A model generated the notes under the pieces. The model was not told the origin of the DNA. It searched no databases and was given only the letters and a program-made list of their open reading frames with translations. Both the position numbers and the translations under genes were made by a program. A DNA stretch of 63,290 bases, counting the filler, from Octopus bimaculoides (Eukaryota): assembly GCF_001194135.2 (NCBI RefSeq). It is 7 parts of 7 records of this genome, joined end to end, with 100 filler letters (N's around TTAATTAATTAA, not from the genome) between each part and the next. Parts side by side here need not be neighbours in the genome. Positions count along the whole stretch, not along the records: positions 53,280 to 61,472 come from NC_069000.1; positions 61,573 to 63,290 come from NW_026385721.1; 5 more parts are not named here. One strand, given 5' to 3'. This document shows, one piece after another, positions 53,650 to 63,290 of this stretch. Within the stretch, counting starts at the first letter, position 1, and the number at the start of each line of letters is the position of its first letter.

Positions 53650-53840
53650 CTTTCTACTCAAGGCACAAGGACTGAAATTTGGTGGGAGAGGACTAGTTGA
53701 TTACATTAACCCCAGTATTTCACTGGTACTTAATTTATTGACCCTGAAAGGATGAAAGGCAAATTCGACCTTGGTAGAACTTGAACCCAGAACACAGCAA
53801 TAGGTGAAATACCACTAAGTATTTCATCCAGCATGCCACC
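53650..53840 (-). mobile_element. SINE family B
   Basis: TTTATTGACCCTGAAAGGATGAAAGGCAAATTCGACCTTGG...TTGAACCCAG. Confidence 0.75.
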
Positions 53841-53863
53841 TTTATAAAAATGATAATAATAAT

Positions 53864-54190
53864 AACAAGAGCACTCAGAGAGCACAAGCCTCTGCCAAGG
53901 CAACACCAACATCCTCTCAATGATTAGCCAGAGATGATTTTGAAAATGAGAATATCTGAAATAAACTTGACTGCTCTCACAAATGAGAATACTAAAAATG
54001 AACCAAACCACTTTTAAAAATTAAGTAAAAAACAGGAAAAATAATCCTTGTTCGGTACTAGATTGATCCCAAAATCTAATTAGTTTGTGCCAGTCATGAG
54101 GCCAAACATCCAAATCTATATCTTGTCCATGGACAAACAAACAAACATGACTGTAAACAATACCTCCGCCTTCGCTAGGGTGGAGGTAAT
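53864..54190 (+). mobile_element. Helentron-associated (HINE/DINE-1-like) non-autonomous element
   Basis: Starts AACAAGAGCACTCAGAGAGC, has an (ACAA)n tract near the 3' end, and a terminal hairpin TACCTCCGCC-ttcgctag-GGTGGAGGTA at 54161-54188. Confidence 0.65.
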
Positions 54191-54640
54191 AATAATGATA
54201 ATAATAATGATAATAATAATAATAATAATAATAATAATATATTCATACACACACACACACCACTGAAAGGCATAATACTATGATTTTTGTTCAAGTAGGC
54301 TGAAGTATGCTGAGCATTCTCATGAATCACTGCCAGGTCGATGTTCATCCCACCCCAATACATATTGTTTTTAACACAACATATCAATAAAGAGGTTTTC
54401 TCTCTCCAACAACTACACAGCATCATGCCTTTCAAAGGTGCATATGCATGTACATTATGCATGATACCTAGATGGCTATATACACACACACATGTAGGTA
54501 TGAACGTGTGGTTAAGAATTTGCTTCAGAATCATGTGGTTAGGGTTTTGGTTCCACTGCATGAATGTTGCCTAACATTTTATATTATTCCTTGTGAGTGA
54601 AATTGATAGATGAAAACTGAAGATGCTCATCATATAAATG

Positions 54641-54681
<41 letters not shown>

Positions 54682-55033
54682 ACAAGTTCATATTTCCTTT
54701 TGTCTTCATATGTATTCGCTGAATGTAAACAAAAGCATCACTGTTTACACACGCTATGTGATTTGCTTGCAGTCCACCATTTAAGCATGTCTGTGCTTCT
54801 TTACATGTGATATCTTTATAAACAAAATGCACATTCAAATGGTGTCATTTGCTTCCAGTTCTCTCTGTGTAACTTTGTCCAGGTTGTTAGTTGCTCAGTA
54901 GGCAAGGAGATTATTACCTTGCTTGACAACAAGTGAGGATGACACTACAAAGGGCGTCCAGCTGTAGTCTTGTCTGACCCATGTAAGTATGGAAAAGCAG
55001 ATGTTAAAACAATAATGACATAATTCTACATAC

Positions 55034-55106
55034 CTGTGTGAATGTGACAGTAACAATAGCATGACTTCGACTGCTGTGTTGATGCATGTGAGTAGATGAT
55101 GTTGTT
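55034..55106 (-). CDS. STARD9: Kinesin-3 motor exon with switch I: (R)TTSSTHMHQHSSRSHAIVTVTFTQ
   Basis: 73 nt, acceptor ctattttccag, donor CAG|gtatgt. Contains SSRSHA. The five exons total 357 nt and form one open frame of 119 aa. Confidence 0.93.
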
Positions 55107-55544
55107 CTGGAAAATAGCAATTTTGATCCACTGGTTAGCTGGGAGAGCTTGTGGGATAAGAAAACTTAAAACATTTAAAATATATTAAAAAAAAAATTCT
55201 AAGGGACAGAATTCCCGTCCTGACACATCTAAAAGTACTTTCATTCTGACCAAGATCATTTGGCTCCACCCACTGTAATGGGTACCACCTGACCCTAAAA
55301 GATGGATAAGAAATACAACCATCCCAGGCAGCCACACTGTATTCCATGCAATAAACTAAAAGACAAAGTTAGTGGACATTGAAAATATTGGATCAGTTGA
55401 TCCATACATATGTGTAACCAACTGACTGTGGATCATTACTCTGCTTAAATGCATTAATTCATAGTGGAATCAAAGAACATCTATAACTAAAAGACAATTC
55501 AGTAATATTTATAATAGTCTGGTTCAAAAAAAACAAATACTTAC

Positions 55545-55614
55545 CGATTTTCATTAGCTTTCTCAATCAGAGACTGAATTTGTTGGTTATCTTTAATAAG
55601 ATGCCGGGACAAAT
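55545..55614 (-). CDS. STARD9: Kinesin-3 motor exon: (D)LSRHLIKDNQQIQSLIEKANEN(R)
   Basis: 70 nt, acceptor ttcttcttgtgcag, donor CG|gtaagt. Phase 1 in and phase 2 out fit both neighbours. Confidence 0.9.
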
Positions 55615-55763
55615 CTGCACAAGAAGAACAACACCAATAAGTTTTGGTGAAAATCAAGAGAATAGATCTCAAAGTTGCATACATGGATTTAATCTTTGGA
55701 ATTAAGTAGAAAAATCCTTTAATAATCAAACAATCATATTCTCTGCCAGATACAATGTGACAT

Positions 55764-55807
<44 letters not shown>

Positions 55808-56144
55808 GTGTAATTTTTGGACTAATGGGTGTGTGTGTGTATGTATATATATATATATATTGTAAAGGCTATTTGCCAATGTAATGTGGCTGTCTTGGAA
55901 GGGATGGTTGTTACTGATGTTTAGCCCCAGAAAACATTTCCAGCTAGCTATACAACACAATATCTGTGTCCTTATATTTTCTAACAAGGAGTCCAGCCTC
56001 CCATCCAGCTCAAAGAAACATCTGTGGACTGGTTTCTGGGTTATTGCAATAACTGCCTGTTCAAAAATATAAGGACACAGATATTATGTCATATAGCCAG
56101 CTGGAAATGATGTTTCCTCAATTGATTATTATTATCATCATCAT

Positions 56145-56177
<33 letters not shown>

Positions 56178-56180
<3 letters not shown>

Positions 56181-57292
56181 GGTGCAGTGAATAAATTGTC
56201 ATCTAAATTATGCAAAAATGATGACATTGGAATCTCCTGCAACTCTTCTGGATGATCTTGTTTAAGATGGTGAATGCTGCCATAATCCTTGCCTTCAGTT
56301 TATCTTTGGTGTTACAAGGAGTTTTGTTGGTCTCTCACTCAACTGTACTCCACACATAATAAGAGGGTTGCAGTCTGGGGAGTTGGGTGGCCAGATGTTA
56401 GGGGTGATGTGGTCACAGAAATTGTCTGACAGCCATGACTGGGTTCTGCTTGTGTAGCATGGTGCAGAGTCCTGTTGCCAGACACAGGGTCTTCCAGCAG
56501 CCACCCTCTTGACCCAGGGCAGCACTACATTCTCCAGGCACTTGATGTAGGCCTCCAGGTTGAATCTGAGGCTGCATGGGGAGATGAATGGATGCATGTC
56601 ACCATCACTAGTGATCACTCCAAATACCATGATGTTGACTGGATGTTTGATTTTTATCACTGTCTGTACATGTTTTGGGGACACGGCAAGCAAACGGTTG
56701 TTCTGTGTTCACCATCTGATTCTGGCAGAAATTATTCTTGTGTCAGAAAAACCAAAGCATGTTCAGTTGGAGGGGATGCTTGAATTTGTTTGGAAGCTTT
56801 GTAGCACAGTCGTTCCTCTTGTCTTTGAACACTTTGGATAAAAATTAGCCCTTTCTCATCTTGTATGAGGAATACCAAATGTCTTCATGCACTACCTACC
56901 TGATAAGAAACTCAGACACTCCCATTCCCTGGCAATAGACCTGATTGAGTTGGAGGGATCGTTGTCAATCATGGCCTGGATCTCACTAAAAAATTCAGGA
57001 GGTCTTTTCTCAGAACAATCAGAGTGAGTTTTCTGAGCTACCGTACCTTCATAATCACCATTAGACTCATCCAACTCTTTCCAAATCCTCTGCACTGTCC
57101 TCAGATTGACACCCAAACATTCTGAAATGTTCGTATTGGAGCTTCTGGCGCGAATGCCAAGCAGTACAGCATGTCGTTTCCAAGTGCCAAACTGACCCTA
57201 CTATACTGTGTAGTTGACAAAATCAAAAATGAACAATGCACATGTGTGAAATTAAAACTATAAAATGGTGACAATTTACTCATCACACCCTG
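56178..57292 (-). mobile_element. maT/DD37D-like Tc1-mariner element in a kinesin intron, 1115 bp
   Basis: TIRs CAGGGTGCAGTGAATAAATTGTCATC and CAGGGTGTGATGAGTAAATTGTCACC with TA on both sides. Remnant VFGVITSDGD...WQQDSAPCYTS...WPPNSPDCNPL. Confidence 0.92.
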
Positions 57293-57905
57293 TATATGTA
57301 TATATAAAAAGGCTACAAGGTAAAGTATAGTACATCCCACTACTAGTCATGAAGTTTAAGATTTTTAGAGACAGGACAAATGGTATTTTTGGTAGTTATG
57401 ACATTCAAACTTTTCTCAATTGAACCAAATTTCAATTGAGGACATTGTTCTCCAAGAGTAAACCCCATGTTCAGCAGTTACTAACAGATTTATGGTTTGG
57501 GTCCTGTAGTTTTATTCTTCTTTTTTCCAATCTTAGATTGGTGTTTTCAAAGGTATGGTATACATGCCTGATGTTGTTTAATTTGTTACAAGGGTAGGTG
57601 GACTGGTAGAATCAATAAAGTAAAGGGCAAACTGCTTAACAACATTTAGATGTAACCCTCTCACATTTTTATTTCAAATCTTGCCAAAATCAATATGGCT
57701 TTTTCATCCTTCCATGGTTGATAAAATAATGAAATAAGTATCACCAACTGTATCAACTGTACCCATTCCCAAATTTGTAGCCTTATGACTTGCCTTCAAT
57801 TTCTGGGGAACACCACCATGTTCTATAGATGGATCTTGGGGTTCTAAACTGGTGGAGCATATTCCTCAGAGAGAGAGAGAAGAGAGAGAGAGGGGAGAGA
57901 GAGGG

Positions 57906-57985
<80 letters not shown>

Positions 57986-58179
57986 CCCTGAAAAGATGTA
58001 AAGCAAAACTGACCTCAGAGATTTGTGCTTCATGCATAAAGAGCTGGGATGAATGCCAATACTTTAATGACTTTGCCAGTTTGCCAAATATAACCATGTG
58101 CATATGACAGAAATCAATATTGTTTGCTTCAGCAATTTTACCTGCACACAATATATGTATATCTGTGTGTGCAGTAATG

Positions 58180-58380
58180 GCTGGATGATTAAGAAATTCA
58201 CATAAAAGTCATGCGCTTTCAGATTCAGTCTCACTGCATGGCACTGTGAGCAGGTGTCTTCTATTATAGTCCTATAGCAAAGGCTTTGTGACAGAAACTG
58301 AAAGAAGCTCATTATTTCTGGTAGACAGAAACTGAAAGAAGCTCATTATTTCTGGTAGACAGAAACTGAAAGAAGCCCAT
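58180..58380 (+). mobile_element. Decayed SINE family A with a 34-bp tandem triplication
   Basis: GTAGACAGAAACTGAAAGAAGCTCATTATTTCTG at 58288-58320, 58321-58354 and partial 58355-58380. Confidence 0.75.
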
Positions 58381-58970
58381 CATTTAATATCCCTTTTTCT
58401 ATGCTGGCATAGGTTGGATAGCTTGACAGGGTCAGTTGAGCCAGAGGATTTCACCAGTTTCCAATATTTGCTTTGGCACAGTTTCTACAGCTGGATGCCC
58501 TTCCTAATGCCAACCACTTCAGTGTACTGGGTGCTTTTTACATGACACCAGTACTGTGTATATATGTACATGTGTGTGTGTGAGTCTTTCCTTGTCTTGG
58601 CATTATGTACTAACTGTATACAAACATTATTATGATATAAGTGTGTGTCATTTTGCAATCTTCCATGAAAAGCATGTGCAGCCATTATGCTGTTTTGTGT
58701 TTGAAGGAAATGTTACCTTGCTCAGAAATGAGGGTTGATGATGAGAAGAGCCTCTGAAAGTAGAAAAATCTGTCCCAACAAAATTCGTCTGATTCATGTA
58801 AACATAGAAACATCATCATTTAATGTTTGTTTTCCATGCTAGCATGGGTTAGAAGGTCTGATTGAAGTTGGTAAGCTATAGAGCTGCACCAGGCTCCAGA
58901 TGTCTGTTCTGGCATAATTCCTACATCTGGATGCCATTCCTAATGCCAACCAGAGTTTACTGGGTGTCCA
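58381..58970. mobile_element. Cluster of RTE-tail-related repeats in alternating orientation
   Basis: TTTCCATGCTAGCATGGGTT and CTACAGCTGGATGCCCTTCCTAATGCCAACC motifs at 58381-58555 and 58815-58970, with an opposite-strand relative at 58640-58810. Confidence 0.65.
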
Positions 58971-59095
58971 TAAAGTTGTTGGTATTAGGAAGGGCGATGA
59001 TATATCACAAAAGCAATTACATTGTAATAGGTTGTAGCCACTAAAACACATACATTAACAGGCAAGGCAATGTCTATAGCTAAATACATAAATAC

Positions 59096-59214
59096 CTTGA
59101 ACATAAGGACCATCTTTGGGGTGTTCACGAACTTTCAGGGTGTATTTCTCTGATTGTTTCACTGGTGGGGCTTGCAGTAAGTCTCTGACCCTCTCATTGT
59201 AAATTTCCAGGTAG
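59096..59214 (-). CDS. STARD9: Kinesin-3 motor exon: (S)[39 protein letters not shown](D)
   Basis: 119 nt, acceptor ctctattgtag, donor AAG|gtattt. [14 protein letters not shown] and L-K/R-VREHP-x-x-GPYV are kinesin-3 hallmarks. Confidence 0.95.
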
Positions 59215-59407
59215 CTACAATAGAGACATGTGGACATATTTACGGCGAATGAGTGGTGATGGGTTTATAGAGAGAAGGAAGGTGATAGGAGAAATAAGAA
59301 GAGAAGGGAACAAAAGGAAAGGCAGAGAACAAAGCTGAAGGGAAAAAAATGAGAAACATGATTAAAAAGGAAGAAAAAGAGAAAGGAAGAAGATAAAATG
59401 AGTTTAC

Positions 59408-59469
59408 CTGATGTCTACTTTAAATGTAAAATTGTCATCAATGAAGTCATCAACCCGGCTGAAGAGGGC
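59408..59469 (-). CDS. STARD9: Kinesin-3 motor exon: ALFSRVDDFIDDNFTFKVDI(S)
   Basis: 62 nt, acceptor ctctatttcag, donor AG|gtaaac. Phase 0 in, phase 2 out, completing Ser with the next exon. Confidence 0.85.
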
Positions 59470-59577
59470 CTGAAATAGAGACAGAGATGTCACATATAGT
59501 GCTTGGTGTAGAATTGTAGTTTCTGCTCTGGTGTATGTGGTTTGTGTGTATGATACATACACACAAACCTCATACAT

Positions 59578-59810
59578 CAGGGTTCTCAACCAGGGTCCAT
59601 ATGACCATATAAGATTTTGTTGTTAAAATTTATTTGTAATAAATTGGCTATACTTCTACAATACATAAAATATTTTAACTATTTTATTTTATACAATACC
59701 TAATAATATTTGATTATAAAAATATAATATGACTTTTTAACTATTGAATGGCTAGGAGGATCCATCTGAATTAAAGGGATCCAGAGGCAAAAACTGGTTG
59801 AGAAATACTG
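59578..59810. mobile_element. hAT-type MITE in a kinesin intron
   Basis: Ends CAGGGTTCTCAACC and GGTTGAGAAATACTG. The 8-bp flanks TCATACAT and ACGTACAC share a central TACA. Confidence 0.65.
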
Positions 59811-60117
59811 ACGTACACAGTGCAACACACACACACACACATCCCCAAAATGGCCTCTATATGGTAGTGTGATTTGCTAGAAAAAGCAGCTACCAAATCT
59901 TTCTCAAACCACATCCTACCATCTTATAAATGGAAGGACCAATTGGATAATGTAGTAAAAGACCCATCTGTTGTTTGCAGTTAAGATGGTATAGTCATCG
60001 TTGGAATACTTTGGTCATGGGTTTCTGCCTGATCAAAGCTTATTCTGGGGCTCAACAACAACAATATACACACCCTCACAGTAATAGCTTACATGAGAGA
60101 AAAGCAAAATTTCTTAC

Positions 60118-60150
60118 CTCACATATCCGAGGGATGAGACCATACTCCTC
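60118..60150 (-). CDS. STARD9: Kinesin-3 (STARD9/KIF16-like) motor domain exon: EEYGLIPRICE
   Basis: 33 nt, acceptor tatttcag, donor GAG|gtaaga. GLIPRICE is the conserved kinesin segment after the P-loop. Phase 0 matches the next exon. The symbol is a subfamily-level inference. Confidence 0.85.
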
Positions 60151-60396
60151 CTGAAATATATATATATAATGTATCAGTGGTACATATACAAACAAATGCA
60201 TACACAAAGGTATTCACATACAAATACTCATTCATTCATTCATTCATTCATTCATACATACGCATACAAACACTATCAGTAGGGTGTATTACATACAAAC
60301 ATATAAATACTGCTTTAGTATTGTACATATACAAAAGAAAGCTTAGCTGTTAATCACAAGTAAGAATGATATGGAAGCTTGTACCATGCTTTTGTT

Positions 60397-60795
60397 CAAT
60401 GGTTTACAACCGAGGCCCATATGAACCTCTCAGGGTCCATATGAGATTTTGTGGGGTCCACTCAAACAAAATAGTAAATTGAGGATAACAGTAGCATTTT
60501 AAGGGATCATGAGAAAAACATTTTGCTTTAGATATATTTTTTTGCAATCAACAACTGGGTTTCTTTCTGTAAAGTTTTACATAGTTTAACAGGTTTCTGG
60601 CCACTGAAGTATGTTCTCCTAGAGAGTGCTATTGTGTGGGCTTACACAAGTGAATGGATGAAAAATAGAATAGGAATTTTCAAGGAAGTACCTATAAAAC
60701 TAGTTTTTAAACAACAAATGGTTATGGTGGTCCACCAGAATAAAATAGTAACCAAAGGGGTCCATAGGTAAAAAAAAAATGGTTGTGAACCACAC
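60397..60795. mobile_element. Related hAT-type MITE
   Basis: Ends CAATGGTTTACAACC and GGTTGTGAACCAC. Shares GGGTCCATATGA with the 59578 copy. Confidence 0.6.
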
Positions 60796-61389
60796 TTTTT
60801 GTAATTGTTTTGAGGTACCTATGTAATCACAAGCAGACATGGCACCATTTCACCTTCTCCACCCTTGTCTCTGCAGAACAGAGGATGTGACAGGGGAGGG
60901 TAGAGAGCTGTACTAGCACTAAGCTAGCACCCATTTACAGCCAAGTAGACTGATGCAATATGAAATGCTGAAGGATACAACATGAAGTCTGGACCAGGAA
61001 TCGAACCAATGACCTTATGATCATGAACCCAACATGCTAACCAAGTGTCTTAATGTGCCATGTTTGCATATACACACAAACTATAAGCCCTGTGTCAACC
61101 AAAGCCTTGTGAATGGATCTAGCAGATGGAAACTGAAAGAAGTCCCTCATGTGTATGTGTTACTGTCTCCTTGCCTTGATATCGCATAATAATTATAAGC
61201 GAATGTCACCTTGATGCAAGCAGTGTCCTTTATTTCCAATCTTCCATGAAAATATGTCTGGGTCTGAAGAAATATTACCTTACTTGGAAACAGGTGAGGT
61301 TTGGCAACAGGAAGGACATCTCGCCATAGAAAATCCACTTCAACAAATTCTATCTGACCCATGCAAGCATGGAAAAGTGGATAATAAAA

Positions 61390-61423
<34 letters not shown>

Positions 61424-61472
61424 GGTGGTGGTGGTGGTGTGTGTGTGTGTGTGGGTATGTATATTTACAGCT

Positions 61473-61572
61473 NNNNNNNNNNNNNNNNNNNNNNNNNNNN
61501 NNNNNNNNNNNNNNNNTTAATTAATTAANNNNNNNNNNNNNNNNNNNNNNNNNNNNNNNNNNNNNNNNNNNN
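61473..61572. other. Artificial scaffold spacer
   Basis: 44N-TTAATTAATTAA-44N. Confidence 0.95.
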
Positions 61573-62930
61573 ACAGGTTGAAATGACATGAAACATATTG
61601 ACACTGCATACAATATCAGTTATGAAAATCGTTATAAAGTAAAGTAAGTAATGCTGTTAAGTTAGGATATTAGCCTAGGATGTTAAGTAGCGAACGAGTA
61701 AAGGACGCTGTAAATTTTAATAAAAGCCATTGGACATTTGAAAGTAAATAAAACGAAGAAAGAAAATAAACTGCTATATATTATTAAAAAATATTTAATA
61801 GGTTAATGGTCAAAGAGAGGTAAATCTAGTAAATAATACTTATGTATAATATAATCTACTCAAATGTACATAATCTTATCAAATAATTATATTTCATTTA
61901 AAGTTTAGAACAGTAATGGGACTTTTTATGGTTATGTAAACCAGGTAAATTAGAGAATATAAATTGTAAATAATGAAAAATAATAAGTAAAATAAATTAG
62001 GTTACATTCAGATTGCAGCTATCAAAATTGTAAATAATGAATAATAATAAGTGAAATAAATTAGGTTTCATTCAGATTGCAGCTAACAAAGTTTAAGAAA
62101 AATTATAATAAATTAACTTAGTAATGGGGTTCAAATACAATATTAAAAATAATATCAAAAGAAGGAACGGATTTAATTGATAGCGTAAAAAGTAAACAAA
62201 TATTACGATATAATTGTTACTATCTCACATATAAATATAAATGAAAAATTAAGTAATTTTTATGATGTAAAGTAACTAGCTGAAAACGACAACATTATAT
62301 CAAATAATTCAATAGATACTTGAGAACACAAACCCAACTGTAATATATTATGTCTGTAATATATTATGATAAAAAAATAAATTTAAAGTTAAACATAAGA
62401 GACTTTTTTCCATGGTCAAAGAGAGGTAAATCTAGCAAAATAATATATATATTTTTTAGAATCTAAATAAATCAGTCAATGTTATTGATCCTATCAAATT
62501 TTTATATTGATTTTTAAAAATTTTAATATTTTAGAGACCAATAAAGGATATGTAATCAAGATAAATAAGAGATTATAAATTATAAATTACAAAGTAAAAC
62601 TAAATTAGGTTACACTCAAATAGCAACCAACGAAATCCTAATTACACATTAACTTAGTAATAAGATTAAATAAATAAATGGATTAAAACGATAAAGCAAG
62701 CAGTCAAAGAAAATTTCGATGTCATCTATACAAAGAATTATAAGGGAAATTTCAATAAAATAGGAACCAAACTTACCATTGTACAAATATGAAAAGGTTA
62801 TATGAAATTAAAGCTACATTAATTTAATATAATATCCCGGTATGTAGTTAAAGCTGAACCAAATTAAAATAATATCAAAGTATGTAGTTAACTAACTTCT
62901 CCAAATTAGATTAATAAAATAGATTAATAA
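61573..62930 (+). repeat. Very AT-rich block with a diverged ~600-bp duplication and short internal tandem duplications; possible decayed coding sequence
   Basis: GGTCAAAGAGAGGTAAATCTAG at ~61808 and ~62414. AAATTAGGTT-CATTCAGATTGCAGCT at ~61994 and ~62058, with a variant at ~62602. No microsatellites. Confidence 0.55.
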
Positions 62931-63290
62931 AATAAAAACGTATGTTTATTCATATGTAGACATCTGAAAGCTCTATATGTGATTTTGTTAACTAGGTCAC
63001 CCTTAGAAAAAAGTATGAAATACAATTCCAAATTACAGAGGGAACAAAAATCCTTGCCCTTGTCATAAGGAAACGGTTTTCCTATAATTGACCATTCTAA
63101 AGAATACTCCTTATTTTGGTTTTTAAGTTGCCAAATTAAACTACTAAGCGCCGTGCTATTTTGTTTCTTTCTATCTCTAAATGATGAATAATGATTCGAT
63201 AATCTTCTTGAGATTTCAAGCGAAGACGAACCAATATAACTCCAAATTCCATTTTTGGTTAAAACATTACACTTGTATACAGTATTTTTA

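Noticed and set aside
54918-54944. 27-nt exon-like segment CHPHLLSSK with AG/GT ends, spaced like the kinesin P-x4-SK before DLAG
   Set aside because: It is part of a dispersed repeat. The copy at ~61270-61310 reads PHLFPSKVI with the same AAGGTAAT, and no DLAG exon follows.
61573-62930. Nuclear mitochondrial insertion
   Set aside because: The AT content fits, but I could not recognise any mitochondrial rRNA, tRNA or respiratory-gene motif. A BLASTN against the mitogenome would settle it.

Overview
Eukaryotic, AT-rich, microsatellite-dense genomic DNA with many N gaps. The repeat families look like those of a coleoid cephalopod, most likely Octopus; this is inferred from recognition, not from a search. 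The only well-supported host gene is five minus-strand exons (60150 down to 55034) of a kinesin-3 motor domain. They splice in frame to 119 aa and carry STARD9/KIF16A-type signatures. The P-loop and switch II exons were not found in the window. The rest is mostly transposon relics: RTE LINEs (one nested in another), a CR1/Jockey-group LINE 5' fragment, an R4/Dong-like endonuclease fragment, Tc1, mariner and maT elements, piggyBac- and hAT-type MITEs, a Helentron-like element, and several tRNA-derived SINE families, some in head-to-tail arrays. Six identical 100-bp artificial spacers (44 N + TTAATTAATTAA + 44 N) mark scaffold joins, so long-range adjacency is uncertain. The least explained structures are a 191-bp hairpin built from TTAGGG repeats with a second family member nearby, a ~1.4-kb element with long inverted arms, and an AT-rich block at the window end whose repeats appear conserved at protein level. 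No CRISPR array, rRNA or true tRNA gene is supported. I cannot claim a confirmed new system; the findings are leads.
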